Assembly (NCBI RefSeq): GCF_006345805.1
Contig: NC_043001.1
Location: 122,264,001 to 122,328,000, forward strand
Direction: 5' to 3'
Origin: Octopus sinensis
Taxonomy: Eukaryota
Length of the DNA stretch: 64,000 bases
Part shown: piece by piece, positions 1-64,000 of the stretch
How positions within the stretch are numbered: the first letter of the stretch is position 1
Layout: the number at the start of each line of letters is the position of its first letter
Notes under the pieces: generated by a model
Databases searched by the model: none
Told to the model about the DNA's origin: nothing
Seen by the model: only the letters and a program-made list of their open reading frames with translations
Made by a program: the position numbers and the translations under genes

Positions 1-271
1 GGGAGGTAATATTGTACATATTAGATCCAAAATAAGAAGAAACGTAAATTAAAATTATGTGTTGGTATTTGAGTAATGATTCACTATCAAAAAATATTTC
101 TGTATTGATTATTTTGTTGTTATTTTTATCATATTCTCTGCATACATGTGTAATGGGAAAAGTTTAAAATTTGGTTGTCGCTGATATGTGCAAAAAACTG
201 GTCGAGCTGGAATTAATTAACTATAGGTGAACGAGACATCGGTTTTTGAAATATAGGGATGTACTATTATA

Positions 272-1170
272 CAGGGTGTTCCAGAAGTCTTGGGCACATT
301 TCAAGTCCTCATATATGCTGGACTATGATTGGTAGGAAGATGAAACTGGTACCATTTTAAAGCTAAATTCATTACGTTTTTTGTAATGCTAACAATGTTT
401 TCATATTTTTTCAGATCCAGTAATGGCGTTCACTCATCCAGAAAAGGCGTTTTGCGTCCTTGAATTTGCAAAAACTGAATTATTGACACTTGTTCAACGT
501 GCATTTCGCACAAAATTCCGAAAAGAGGCACTAGAAGGAAGTCCATATTGAGATGGCATGGTAAATTCATGAAGGATGGTTGTTTGTGCCTAGCTAAGAG
601 AACGGGACGCCCCTCAACTTCAGATAATACGGTTGAGCGAGTTCGAACTGCCTTCGAGCGGAACCCCGTAAATCGATCAGAAGAGCCAGTAGGGACTTCA
701 TTTTCCAACAGGATGGGGTGTCACTGCACTGGAGACTCAGGGTTAGACAGTATCTGAACACAACACTGCCAGACAGATGGATTGGATGGTCTGGGCGAGA
801 TGATCGCGTTCTCATGCCCTGGCCTCCCAAGTCTCTTGATTTCACATCCTGCGATTTCTTTTTATGGGCGTTTGTGAAAGGACTGGTCTATGTCCTCCCC
901 TTCCAAAAGATGTGGATGAACTGAAGGCCCGAATAACGAGAGCTGTTGCAACCATCGACAACGCAATGCTGGAACGCATTTGGCAAGAATTGGATTATCG
1001 GCTTGATGTGTGCCATGTGACCAATGGTGCTCACATTGAACATCTTTCAACATTTCATAAAAAAAACTTGAAATTGCGGCTTTCAGAATATATCAGATGC
1101 GTTTTAATGTCCTTAATAGTTTTCGAGATATTCAATGTCAAAATATTCCCAAGACTTCTGGAACACCCTG
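272..1170 (+). mobile_element. Internally deleted Tc1/mariner-superfamily DNA transposon
   Basis: Perfect TIRs CAGGGTGTTCCAGAAGTCTTGGG / CCCAAGACTTCTGGAACACCCTG with TA on both sides. Broken transposase from ATG 423 (MAFTHPEKAFCVLEF...GRP...FQQDG...WPPKSLDFTSCDFFLW...GAHIEHL). Confidence 0.93.
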
Positions 1171-1391
1171 TATTTAACACATTTGTTTCCGGTTGAGAGC
1201 GGAAAGGTTTTCGCTACAGAAATTGTCACATACATACATACATACATACATACATACATACATACATACATACATACATACACACATTCATAGATACATA
1301 GATACATATTGTGACTTCGATGTTATCAGTTTACATTACACATGATCTAACATACATTTCGCTATATCTGACAGCGTGACAAGTCGCTGAC

Positions 1392-21820
<20,429 letters not shown>

Positions 21821-21927
21821 TTGTTGTAATAATGTCCATCCGCATTCGATTCTGGGATGTCTGGAGACGTTATTTCAATTAATATATTTTCTTTTGAATA
21901 TTTTAAAAATAAGAAATCAATATTCAG

Positions 21928-21933
21928 AATAAA
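21928..21933 (+). terminator. Candidate polyadenylation signal, CYP copy A
   Basis: AATAAA about 110 nt after the stop codon; AT-rich context limits specificity. Confidence 0.4.
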
Positions 21934-22310
21934 AGTTTTTTCAAGCTGAACTAGGTATGAATAACTGCTTGTGTGACTTTCAAGTATGTATGCTAATATT
22001 CAATAAGACATTTGAAACTTATCTTTTCTCTTTACGAAAAAGGATCGCGTAATCGAAACATTAAATTGTGTCTATACTCAATCAATTCACTGCAGTCTTT
22101 TATGAACACTTCTGTAAAAGTTTTGATGATGCTCAACACCTCAATTTTGCTGTCATACTATATTTTAATCGTTCGATATATTTTAAATACGTAAAACAGC
22201 GTTTTGACTCGGTTTCAATACTCGATTGCAGTTGTTACTCATCCGTTATATTGCTCATGTTTCACAGAATATCTAGTCACTCAATCCCATCTACTTTAAC
22301 TAAAAATTTT

Positions 22311-22735
22311 GGATCTTTTCGGTTTGACCGGCAGCTTTTTAAAATAATTTCCACGTAACTAAACACTTTTAAACTTCGTATACTGGTAGAATGTGTTTAT
22401 AAAACATCTTTTTCTCTTGGCTTTATTGAGAAAATTCTGTAATTTGTAAGATATTTGTTGTTGTTTTCTTCAATTTCTGCAATTTAAACCAATCAATAAC
22501 GTCTATTGAGGTGAAAGTCTGTGCCGTATGAATTTGTCCCTCGTTTAAGAAACAGATTGGGTTTATTTACATTTGTGAAGAAAAAAAAAGATACCCTTCT
22601 CCCACCCCTAACCCTAACTAACCCTAACCCTAAAACAGATTGAAATGCAATAGATCGATTCTAGGGTCATAATTATGGGTGACAATTTCATATGATACCG
22701 CTAGAAAAAAACTGCCGTTCAAACCGAAAATATCC
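22311..22735. mobile_element. MITE with GG termini and 8-bp TSD (Merlin-like)
   Basis: TIR GGATCTTTTCGGTTTGACCGGCAG / CTGCCGTTCAAACCGAAAATATCC; TSD AAAATTTT. Confidence 0.87.
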
Positions 22736-23712
22736 AAAATTTTCAATAGTTGTTCTTTAATAAATAATAAACTGTAGCCAGCAAAATAATATTTACGAAA
22801 TTCCATTTATTGTCATGTTTTGCATTATTTAAACGAAATTGGCTTGACCTTATATACATATTTCTAGCCCAGTATTAAAGAATTCACTCGGTTATTGTCT
22901 GCGCAATTTTTCTCTTCTGCCATGTATTCAGTTACTTAACATTATTGTTGTAACTTTCATTTACCGTTCTTATTTCTCTCAATGACTTTGTCGGATCAAA
23001 TTTGGATTTTGTTATTAAGTTCCTGATTAACTTTCACCAAATATGGTATGAAAATACGCTTGAACATCATCATCGACACCTGCAGTACTAGATCGTTGCT
23101 TGACTTACAAGAAATTATAGCCAAATCTCCATAAAACTACACTTTACTATCTTAAAAAAGGAAGACACTTTGGCAAAAGTAGTCTTGAACATTAAAAAGA
23201 AAAAAATGAATGGTTAACATTGAGTATCTTTAACAAAGATTTTCCCAATCAGGGCAGACTCAGGATTAAACGACGACGACGACGACGACAACAACAACAA
23301 CATTACCGATCATGAGAGACGCTTCATGTAGTTTCTCAAGCTGCTAGAAATACCAGCCAAGTATCCTAAAACTGTACCATGCCATCAATACAATACAAAA
23401 AAGTCGATCTCGGATATGCAAAGTTTGAAATTAAGATGGGATGGTCATAACTGGTATGTCATTGGTCATATGTGTGCTGATTAGAAACTCATTTTGATGC
23501 AAAGAACAACATCTGCGTGCAGGGAGTCTCTATGTGGTTAGTTCCATCTCCTAGAAATACCGGCCAGCTTTCTTTCAAATCCCACGCAACTGTCTTTCAG
23601 AAAACGACAAAGCCTGTATTGGATAGTGTAGTATAAGAACTACATTTGAAAGAGAAAAGAAAAAGGGATAATCAGGGATAGTATGACCTGGGACTGAGAA
23701 ACAACAACGGTA

Positions 23713-23759
<47 letters not shown>

Positions 23760-23898
23760 CACGGATTTATACGTAATTGTATTTCATGATGTAAACGAGT
23801 GTATAAACATACATACACAAATACAGACACATACAGACACACATGCACACACACGCACGCACACACATAATATGATATATATATATGTGTGTATGTAT

Positions 23899-23955
<57 letters not shown>

Positions 23956-24274
23956 ATCATGGCGCCAATTAGTTTGAATGGCAGTCGATGCTACTGAATG
24001 ATTTCCCTGAAGACTCCATTAACCATTGTTCAAATTTTGCCGAGGTCAACTTTGCCTTTTATCCCTTCGGGGTCAATAAATTAAGTACCAGTGAAATACT
24101 GAGGTTGATGTAATCGACTAGTCTCCTTGCCCAAAATTTTCAGGGCTTTGTTCCTAGAATAGAAATAATTATTTATGAATATTTTATATTAAATACTTAC
24201 TGTAAAGTCTAAATTTGTTATCCCTTATGTTTACTATACTGAAATGCCGAAATTTAATAAATAAATAAATTTAA

Positions 24275-24440
24275 GATCTTTTCACTTTGATCGGCAGATT
24301 TTTAAAATAATTTCTTTGTAACTAAACACTTTTAAACTTCGTATACTGGTAGAATGTGTTACATAAAACATCTTTTTCTCTTGGCTTTCTTGAGAAAATT
24401 CTGTAGTTTGTAAGCTATTTCTTGTTAAATTTCTTGCACT
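24275..24440 (+). mobile_element. Truncated copy of the Merlin-like MITE
   Basis: Matches the first ~165 bp of 22311-22735; abuts the broken 3' end of the Sola3-like transposase. Confidence 0.75.
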
Positions 24441-27400
24441 AACATTTTACCTAGACCTCGTTTCATAGCTTCGTTTTCATTACCCAAATTAGACATATCA
24501 ATAATTTCTTGTTTAAATGGATCTACATACTTTCGACCATACTTATTACCATGCTTTCTTGTTCTTGCCCATCCTGTTTCAAATCCTCAACACGCATTAT
24601 CATGTTGGATCGCTTCATGAATGGGCTCAAGCATCTTAAGTTTTTCAACATTTGAACTAGTATTAATCACCTCAAATTGACGCTGTTCATACGTATATAT
24701 ATCTTTAGCATAAACAATAGCTTGACTGATTAAATCTTTATTGCCCACAAGGGGCTAAACATACAGGGGACAAACAAGGACAGACAGACAAAGGGATTAA
24801 GTCGATTATATCGACCCCAGTGCGTAACTGGTAATTTATCGACCCAGAAAGAATGAAAGGCAAAGTCGACCTCGGCGGAATTTGAACTCAGAACGTAGCG
24901 GCAGACGAAATACCTCTAAGCATTTCACTCGGCGTGCTAACGTTTCTGCCAGCTTGCTGCCTTCTGATTAAATCTTGTTGTCTTAAGGCTCCCTTCCAAT
25001 TATGGATTTTCATTTTGTAGGCAGTTGCAAATTCCCTACGGCATAAATGACATTGAAGAGGAGTTTTCGTCTGATTCCATATCGAAATCATTAATATTAG
25101 ATGCTACAGTAAGTCCGATACGATGCTTCTCTGCGATATTCCCCTCAACACTATAAACAATACATTTTGTTAAGCTGCCTCTACGTTTCTCTACAACATC
25201 GATATCTTTAACAGTGTCTGTATCAAATATTTCATTTTCATTGGAAGCACAATCTTCTTCATCGGATTCGCTTTCACAATTTCCTTCATTTACGTCGTTC
25301 GTCGTGCCATTGATAAGGTTGCATGTTGCTGTCAATGGTAAGTTCGAATTTCCATAAACTGAAGCGGAATTTCTTGTCGAATTAAACTGTACTTCCATAT
25401 GATCACATCATCTATGTCTTGTAATTTTCCAATTATCTCCAAGCTTTCCTGTTTAAATTGTTCAACAGTAGGTCTATTAACACCAACCAATTCTGCCACT
25501 GTATTACTTACACCGCCATTAGCATTTAAAGAATCAACTAATTCAACAGGAGTTATAACATCTGAACCCATATTACAATGCATATACACATGCCTCATAG
25601 CTGTAGCAAAATGAGCGTCGATATTGGCTTTACCATCTTGTACACCAGTGTGTACAAAAGTACAAAGTTTAAGGTTGTATCTATTTGCAATTTTATATAA
25701 TGTAAGCAATAAGTTTCCTTTCTTATAACATCTTGCGTTGTCAGATTGTACATAAAGATTTCGAATGTATAGAAATTTGGTCGATATTCCTCTACATACT
25801 AAATCAAAATAAGACATAACAGCCACATAGTCTTGCTTACTATCCCCGGTAGAAATGTGATCGAAGTAAATGATACGATAATCTTTTAAATTTTCAGTAT
25901 TACGCCGTTCTTCATCAGTGTATCTTGTATACATCATGGTTCCATGCCGTAAAAATCTGTAGTCTTTTCCCTATAGTATATAGCTTCGAATTTCATTTTG
26001 AAATCTATAACAATCATAGCATCTTCTAAACGTAAATTGAACATTATTTCATCAATCCTATTGCGTTGATTAAGTACTCTCACACGATGATCAAATAAAA
26101 GATATAATTGTTCTATAACACCATTCAATAGATTTTCATGTTCTGGGCTCAGATGCTGTTTAATGTATTGTATTACATGTTTGGGAAGCAACAAACACCA
26201 CATTGTTTCATTTCCGCTCCAGAGATGGTTAAAGAAAACCTTTTATCCGTGACAGTACATGTAGAAATGTGTTCCTCATAGGTTGTCTTAATGTAAGCTT
26301 CTAAACAATAGCATTCAAAGATTCTGATCCGGCACTGGTAGCAACAGCAGTCTTCAAGCATGCAAAATTATCATACATTAATACCCCCGACACATAATCG
26401 ACCGCTTGTCTAAATATTTGATCTTTGGTAGTTAACGTTTTAACTATCTTCCGGAATAATGTAGAGCTTAATTGCTTATTTTGAGGTATGGTTTCTTTGT
26501 AATCACGTAGCATTATAGTTGTATTTTTTTTTTCCTAATCAGCTTGGGAAGATGTATTTCTTCGTCATTAATCGTAAATGCTTTGATACCCTATGAGATT
26601 CGGGATACAATAGCATCCGACAAAACTCCACTGCAGCTTCCATTTGATCATGATCGTATCGTATAATTGATCTATTGGAAGGTGTAAGCTGCTTTCCACT
26701 TGCGATATGTTTATACTTTCGTCTTAATGAAGCTACTTTCTTCATACCAATACCAAAACGATCTTTCAAATCACTCGGCATTGCATCTCGTACTTTAATT
26801 ATATTTTCCGCTAATTTGCCTTCATCGACGACACCGTCTCCTTCATTTTTAACAACCTCTTTCATAAGGCCTTCAGAATCATACAGACTAATGATAGAGC
26901 ATACTCATTTCATTATGGTACTGGATAGTTTCACCAGTCGCTTTTTAGCTGCTTCGTCAAAGTCTTCTATTCGGATACTTTCACGTTTAGCTTTTCCCGG
27001 TAATGATGATAGTGATTTTAAACCAAATGCTTCATACAATGACCCCACTGTTGAAGCGATTCGTGATGGATCGCTAACTTCTGGTTCAGAATCCTCTTGT
27101 TCCGTATACACACTACGTTTTCTTGTATTCATATTTGTTTTACGTGTGCCGACATCTCCCAAAAGTCGTATTCTCTTTGTGGCACGTGTGTTTACATTTT
27201 CGTTGCGTTTATTATCTCCACGACATATACATCTACATCTGTAACATCCTTGACAACTAACACATCTACCTTTTTTGAAAGTACATGATAATTCTGACAG
27301 AGCTGCCGATTGGGTAAAGCAAAACCAAAATCTGGACTACCTGTGTTTTTTTTTATATACATTCATTTTAACCAATCAAATTGCCCCGTTTATTATTCAG

Positions 27401-27464
27401 TATGCGACAATTCAGTATTTTAAAGTTCTACAAAAAGTCAATACTCTGACCCGCGAAGCGACTC
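24440..27464 (-). mobile_element. Decayed DDE/DDD DNA transposon, probably Sola3; one end preserved
   Basis: Broken minus-strand ORFs with IDFKMKFEAIYYREK, VQSDNARCY, GVQDGKANIDAHF and GWARTRKHGNKYGRKYVDPFK. The 5' end reads TTAA|GAGTCGCTTCGC (CTC at 27462-27464, TTAA at 27465-27468). Confidence 0.75.
24739..24963 (-). mobile_element. SINE S1 inserted into the Sola3-like transposase
   Basis: Flanked by a 13-bp direct repeat CTGATTAAATCTT (24726-24738 and 24964-24976). Confidence 0.9.
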
Positions 27465-27986
27465 TTAAATTTCAAAATTAATTAAAAGGGAATTTTCATA
27501 TATCAAATTTATATTAATGGGGTGTAAGTAATTTTAACTTGTGCATATCTGATATGATTTTATAATTACCGTTGTAATGATTTTATAATTACCGTTGATA
27601 GATTTAGATTAGCAGCAGTCAGTGCTGTTATCACCAACTCAAAATCTAGGTTACTTGTGAGCCTGGTAACGGATGGTTTTAGGGTCTTGTTGTGTGCAAC
27701 TTTTGGTGAGCAATGGTGCAACCAACAACATGGTAAAAATCCCCGCCATTAATGTGGAATGGATGGGTAATATCAAATAATTCAATCGCAGCATATATTT
27801 AAATTAAACGTGAAAAAAAATTGAATTATTATCATCGCTTTGGAAAAACTGAAATATTATCTTTCAGTATGTTATAAGGTAAAATCTTAAATTATTAATT
27901 GACACATTAACTATCTTATAATAGCCATGCCTGGAAAAATCATGGATTACATGGGAAAATGTGAGCATGAAAAGTAATATTATTAA

Positions 27987-28397
27987 GATTATAAACCTAG
28001 AAAAGTACAGGACAAGTTATTACACCTGGAAAAGTATAGAAGTTATTACTTCTAGTAAAGTAAAGAATAAGAAACTTTTTACTTAAAATATTACAGCTAA
28101 AATTAAAATTTGAATATTAAAAATTAAAGAACACTTTACGGATTTAAGTAGAATTCGGCTAATTTACTAACTTAAATACAGAAAAAGTGACTAATTAGAC
28201 AAACTTACAAATTAGCTGAACAGTTTTGTACAATAAATTTAAAAGATGAAAACTGTAGTAATAAATTAGAACTGGTATTCTTTGCTGCAATATTTTAAGT
28301 AAAAAGTTTCTTATTCTATACTTTACTAGAAATAACAGTTTGTCCTATACTTTTCCGGTTGTAGTAACTTGTCCTGTACTTTTCTTGGTTTATAATC
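27987..28397. mobile_element. Foldback MITE with ~120-bp imperfect TIRs, bounded by TTAA
   Basis: TTAA|GATTATAAACCTAGAAAAGTACAGGACAAG... and ...CTTGTCCTGTACTTTTCTTGGTTTATAATC|TTAA. Confidence 0.85.
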
Positions 28398-28602
28398 TTA
28401 AGAATATTTTCAATGTAATATCAAAATGCGTACTTGTAACGTTCAATGTTTTTTTACTTGTGTATATGTAGCCTACTTATTTTCATTCGCTGAGTGAACT
28501 AGATATTTATGTCACATATACAAGTACATAACAAGCTACTGACCTCAATCATTACAGTCGCGTCAGCCCCTGATCTTACGTGATTACAGAGAGGTAGTTA
28601 AA

Positions 28603-60521
<31,919 letters not shown>

Positions 60522-60616
60522 TTGTTGTAATTACGTGCATTTATGTTCAATTCTTGAACGTCTTGAGATGTTATTTTTATTTAAAACTATTTGTTTAATA
60601 TTATTCACAAATGCTC

Positions 60617-60622
60617 AATAAA
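60617..60622 (+). terminator. Candidate polyadenylation signal, CYP copy B
   Basis: AATAAA about 95 nt after the stop codon. Confidence 0.4.
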
Positions 60623-61424
60623 CAAAATGTAAAAGGTTATTCACGTTGAGGTAGGTATATATATATATATCTACTTGAAACGTTTGTGAATGTATATATA
60701 CATATACACTCATACACAATATTCAAAAAGTTATTCAATAAAATATTTTATCATATTATCTTGAACGAATCACTTATCTTTTCTAAGGTTTGATTTTTTT
60801 ATAATACATCCTCACAAGTCAAACTAGAATTTATCCTTCAATATAATACTTTGAATACATTGTTTGAACTTCGCCTCAAATTCCGATTGTAGACGTAGCT
60901 TTTCAGTCGGTTTTTAATACATTTTCTAAATGATACCTCTACGACTCAATTACATGTCCATTATCTAATGACTGTTGCTTAAAAATGTAAACAATATACC
61001 TTAATCAATAAGATAGTGTTTAAAATGTATAATTATTGTCTTATAGGTCATTAATCGACGGGAATTCATCTACTACTGCCCTAGAATTGTCTACTTCTAC
61101 GATATTTTCTCTCGTCCGTTTTCTTTCCGTCTTTCATTCAGTAACTTTAGAATCGTTGATTGTAAAGCGGTGAGCTATTAGAATCATTAAAGCGTCACAG
61201 ATAAGTGCCTTGCGGTATTTGCTTTGGAAGTTCAAATTATGTCGTAGTCAGCTTTGCCTTTCATAATTTCGATGTCCATAAAATAAAGTATCAGTCAAGT
61301 ACTGGGCTACATGATATCGACTAATCCCTTTCCTTAAAATTGCTAGCTCTCAACCTAAATTTCATGTTTAATACTTTGTTAAACCCATGCACTGTCTGTT
61401 GTGATGTTTCCAGCTATTTGCCAT

Positions 61425-61711
61425 ATATCAGAAGTGGTTGATTGTTTTACCGTAGCAGTTGTATCCACATCCAGTTCTGTTGAGCATGTCAGATAAAGGT
61501 GTCAGTGCCAAACAGAAAAGGAGTGGAGAAAGCGTGTCTCCCTGGAATATTCCTCTTCTAATGGGGATGGTTTTAGTTTTTATGAGCCCTCTTTTGTCTG
61601 GAGTTGTAGCACTGTTTACCATTTATTCAGGGAATGTTTTATATGTTTTATGATTAATGGTACTGCCTAGTGTTTCTAGGATCCATGCGTGGGGAATACT
61701 ATCAAAAGCCT
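61425..61711 (-). mobile_element. R4/Dong-like RT fragment
   Basis: AFDSIPHAWILETL...IPIRRGIFQGDTLSPLLFCLALTPLSDML on the minus strand. Confidence 0.85.
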
Positions 61712-61732
61712 GTTGTCGTTATTGTTGTTATT

Positions 61733-62206
61733 GAGCAAGAGTGTAGCGCATGCCATCAAAGTGACGTTGTAGTGCAAATATACGAAGCCCAATACACCCA
61801 TCATGATTGCATGTCTGATGATGATACACCAGGAACATGCATCACAACCATATGTGCACGACATGGTAATCTCATATCGAGATGAGCTGCGCATGATCTT
61901 GCAGTTGGGGCCTAATTAGGCCGAGTAGCCCATCACGCTCAAAAGTTCCCTGAATACAACTTGTTTAAGGATGATGAACAAAACATCAAAACATGGCTAT
62001 GATGCCCCCTCACTACTCCTGCTTGTGACCTGAGACACACATATCGTCAGCCACTAAGGGACATGCTCAAATAGTTACGGTCAAGTTTTATTGAATCGTG
62101 TAATTGTTGCAGCCTATATTTCACACCAAGACAAAACATATAAGTGGTAACACTTCCAATCGGTTAGGATCAGAAGGCATGAGAGCCACTGCCTGGTACT
62201 GTATCA
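61733..62206 (-). mobile_element. Module M, older diverged copy
   Basis: Reverse complement retains CAGTACCAGGCAGTGGCTCTCATG, GTCCCTTAGTGGCTGACGATATG and the 3' end. Confidence 0.78.
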
Positions 62207-62214
62207 TTATCAAC

Positions 62215-62278
<64 letters not shown>

Positions 62279-62281
<3 letters not shown>

Positions 62282-64000
62282 TAGTTTTATTTTTATAGCG
62301 TGCTTTCACTTCACTACCGAGCGCAGCTCTGTGTGCCTTAGGTATGTGCTGTGATTTGTTGTGATGCTCTGATGGTTATTGTATGGAAAGTGTTCTGCGT
62401 AGGATGTGTGCAGTGCCTAGTAGTGCAATTTTCTGTATGTTATATGTGTTTGTAAGTCCTGGTGGTTTTGTTATGTATTTGTCTGAATATTTTTTTATCA
62501 TGCCTAATGCACCTCTATTCTACTGGTTACCTCTATTTCCAGGTCTTTGTATTTTGAAAGTTTCTCCATTTCTTTTAGAGACACGTTGTCATCTGCTGGT
62601 ATTGATACATCAATTAGAAAGCATTTTTTTCTTCATGATCTCTGACAACAATATCTGGTCTGTTGGCTTTAATTTCTCTATCTGTGTGTATCGGCATATC
62701 CCAGAGTATGGTTGCTTTCTCGTTTTCTGTGACCTTTTCTGGCGTGTGCCTATACCATCTTTTTTCTGTTGTTATTCCATAATGTTGGCATAGCTTCCAG
62801 TGTATGTGGGTCCCAACTCTATCGTGTCTGTGAATATATTCCTTCTTAGCCAGGACTGGGCAGCCAGAGATAATATGATTTATTGTTTCTTGTCCATCTC
62901 CACATAATCTGCAGTTACTTGTTATATTTCTTTTCATTACATGTTTTTGGTAATTTCTGGTGGGGAGGCTTTGGTCTTGTGCTGCAATTAAAAATCCCTC
63001 TGTCTCTGTTTTGAGTCCTGAGCTTCTCAACCATTGCTGGGATTTTTCTTTGTCTATTTCTTTTGCGTTTAGTTTAGTCCGGTATTTACCATGAAGGGGC
63101 TTTTCTTGCCATCGTTTTATCATGGTTCGTTGCTGTTCTATTTTTAGTTTGGATTTCATTTGTTTTATAGCTTTTTTTATTTCTTCTTCTTCTTCTTCTT
63201 CTTCTTCTTCTTCTTCTTCTTCTTCTTCTTCTTCTTCTTCTTCTTCTTCTTCTTCTTTTCCTTCAAATTTATTAGGTGGTATGATTTCTTGTTTGTATTT
63301 GTCAGCTTCCTTAAATACTGAGAACAGTTTTTTGTTTTGCTCGTGTTTTGCCGCTATTTGTATCAGTTTTCCTTCCTTCTGAAGTAGATATTTTTGCAGT
63401 CCTATGGTGGTTATTTTATAGTAGTTTTCCAGCTGCATAATGCCTCTACCACCTTCTATACGCTGTATATATAGTTTTTCTATGTCAGATTTTGGGTGAT
63501 GCATCCTAGATCCTGTCATTATTTTTCTTGTTTTCCTATCTATTTTGGTCAGTTCATTTAGTGTCCAGTTAAGGATATTGTAGCTGTAACTTATAACTGG
63601 GACAGCTAAAGTGTTAATACCTATTATCTTGTTTTTAGCATTGAGGTCTGTTTTTAGTATTGATCTAACTCGTCTCTAATATTCTTTTTTTATTTTCTCT
63701 TTCATTTGTGTGTGTTGTGTCTTATCTAGTTCATGGATTCCTAAGTATTTGTAAGTTTGGCATTGGTCTAATTCTTTTATTTCATTGGTTTTATCTAGTG
63801 TGATGTTGCTACTCTTAACTAGTTTTCCTCTTTTCATGGTTACTTTGGCGCATTTTTCTAATCCAAATTTCATATCTATTTCTTTGGTAAATCCATGAAC
63901 TGTCTTTAATAGTATTTCCAGCTGTTTGTCATTTGTAGCGTATAGTTTTAGGTCATCCATATATAAAAGGTGGCTGATCGTTTTGCCGTAACATTTATAT
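62279..64000 (-). mobile_element. R4/Dong-like retrotransposon running off the window end
   Basis: MDDLKLY (RT), CCHC, RLE and 3' UTR; expanded (GAA)n poly-Glu at about 63180-63258; small deletion near 62515. Confidence 0.93.

Noticed and set aside
1-12. GAG|GTAAT as the donor of an upstream exon
   Set aside because: Too little sequence upstream to evaluate
22605-22635. Interstitial telomere (CCCTAA)n
   Set aside because: Only 3-4 imperfect units, internal to the MITE and present in its other copy
26675-27244. 189-aa plus-strand ORF
   Set aside because: Antisense shadow of the transposase; no recognisable motifs
28500-28600. Nuclear-receptor/bZIP-like sites (TGACCT, TTACGTGA) before copy B
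   Set aside because: Short motifs expected by chance and not clearly conserved upstream of copy A

Overview
This is AT-rich, repeat-dense animal genomic DNA, not prokaryotic. The SINE families and microsatellite load suggest a cephalopod, probably Octopus; that is an inference. Two tandem, same-strand, 12-exon CYP4-clan cytochrome P450 genes dominate the window. Copy A spans 1392-21820 and, as written, has a 1-nt deletion in exon 8. Copy B spans 28603-60521 with an intact 501-codon frame. Exon sizes largely match vertebrate CYP4V2 as I recall them. Introns and the intergenic region hold two Tc1/mariner relics, Merlin-like MITEs with 8-bp TSDs, a decayed Sola3-like DDE transposon, a foldback MITE in the copy-B promoter, several LINE relics and three SINE families. 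The most interesting elements are: (i) a (TAA)n-targeted retroelement system, made of R4/Dong-like RT-RLE copies plus a non-coding ~550-bp element with five copies, two at the same paralogous position in both CYP genes; (ii) a copy-B exon whose splice acceptor abuts the microsatellite flanking a retroelement; (iii) two minimal hammerhead-ribozyme-like motifs; (iv) a 33-bp, ~59-unit minisatellite with higher-order structure and very long ORFs. All coordinates were counted by hand. No alignment, folding or database search was run, so repeat boundaries may be off by several bases.
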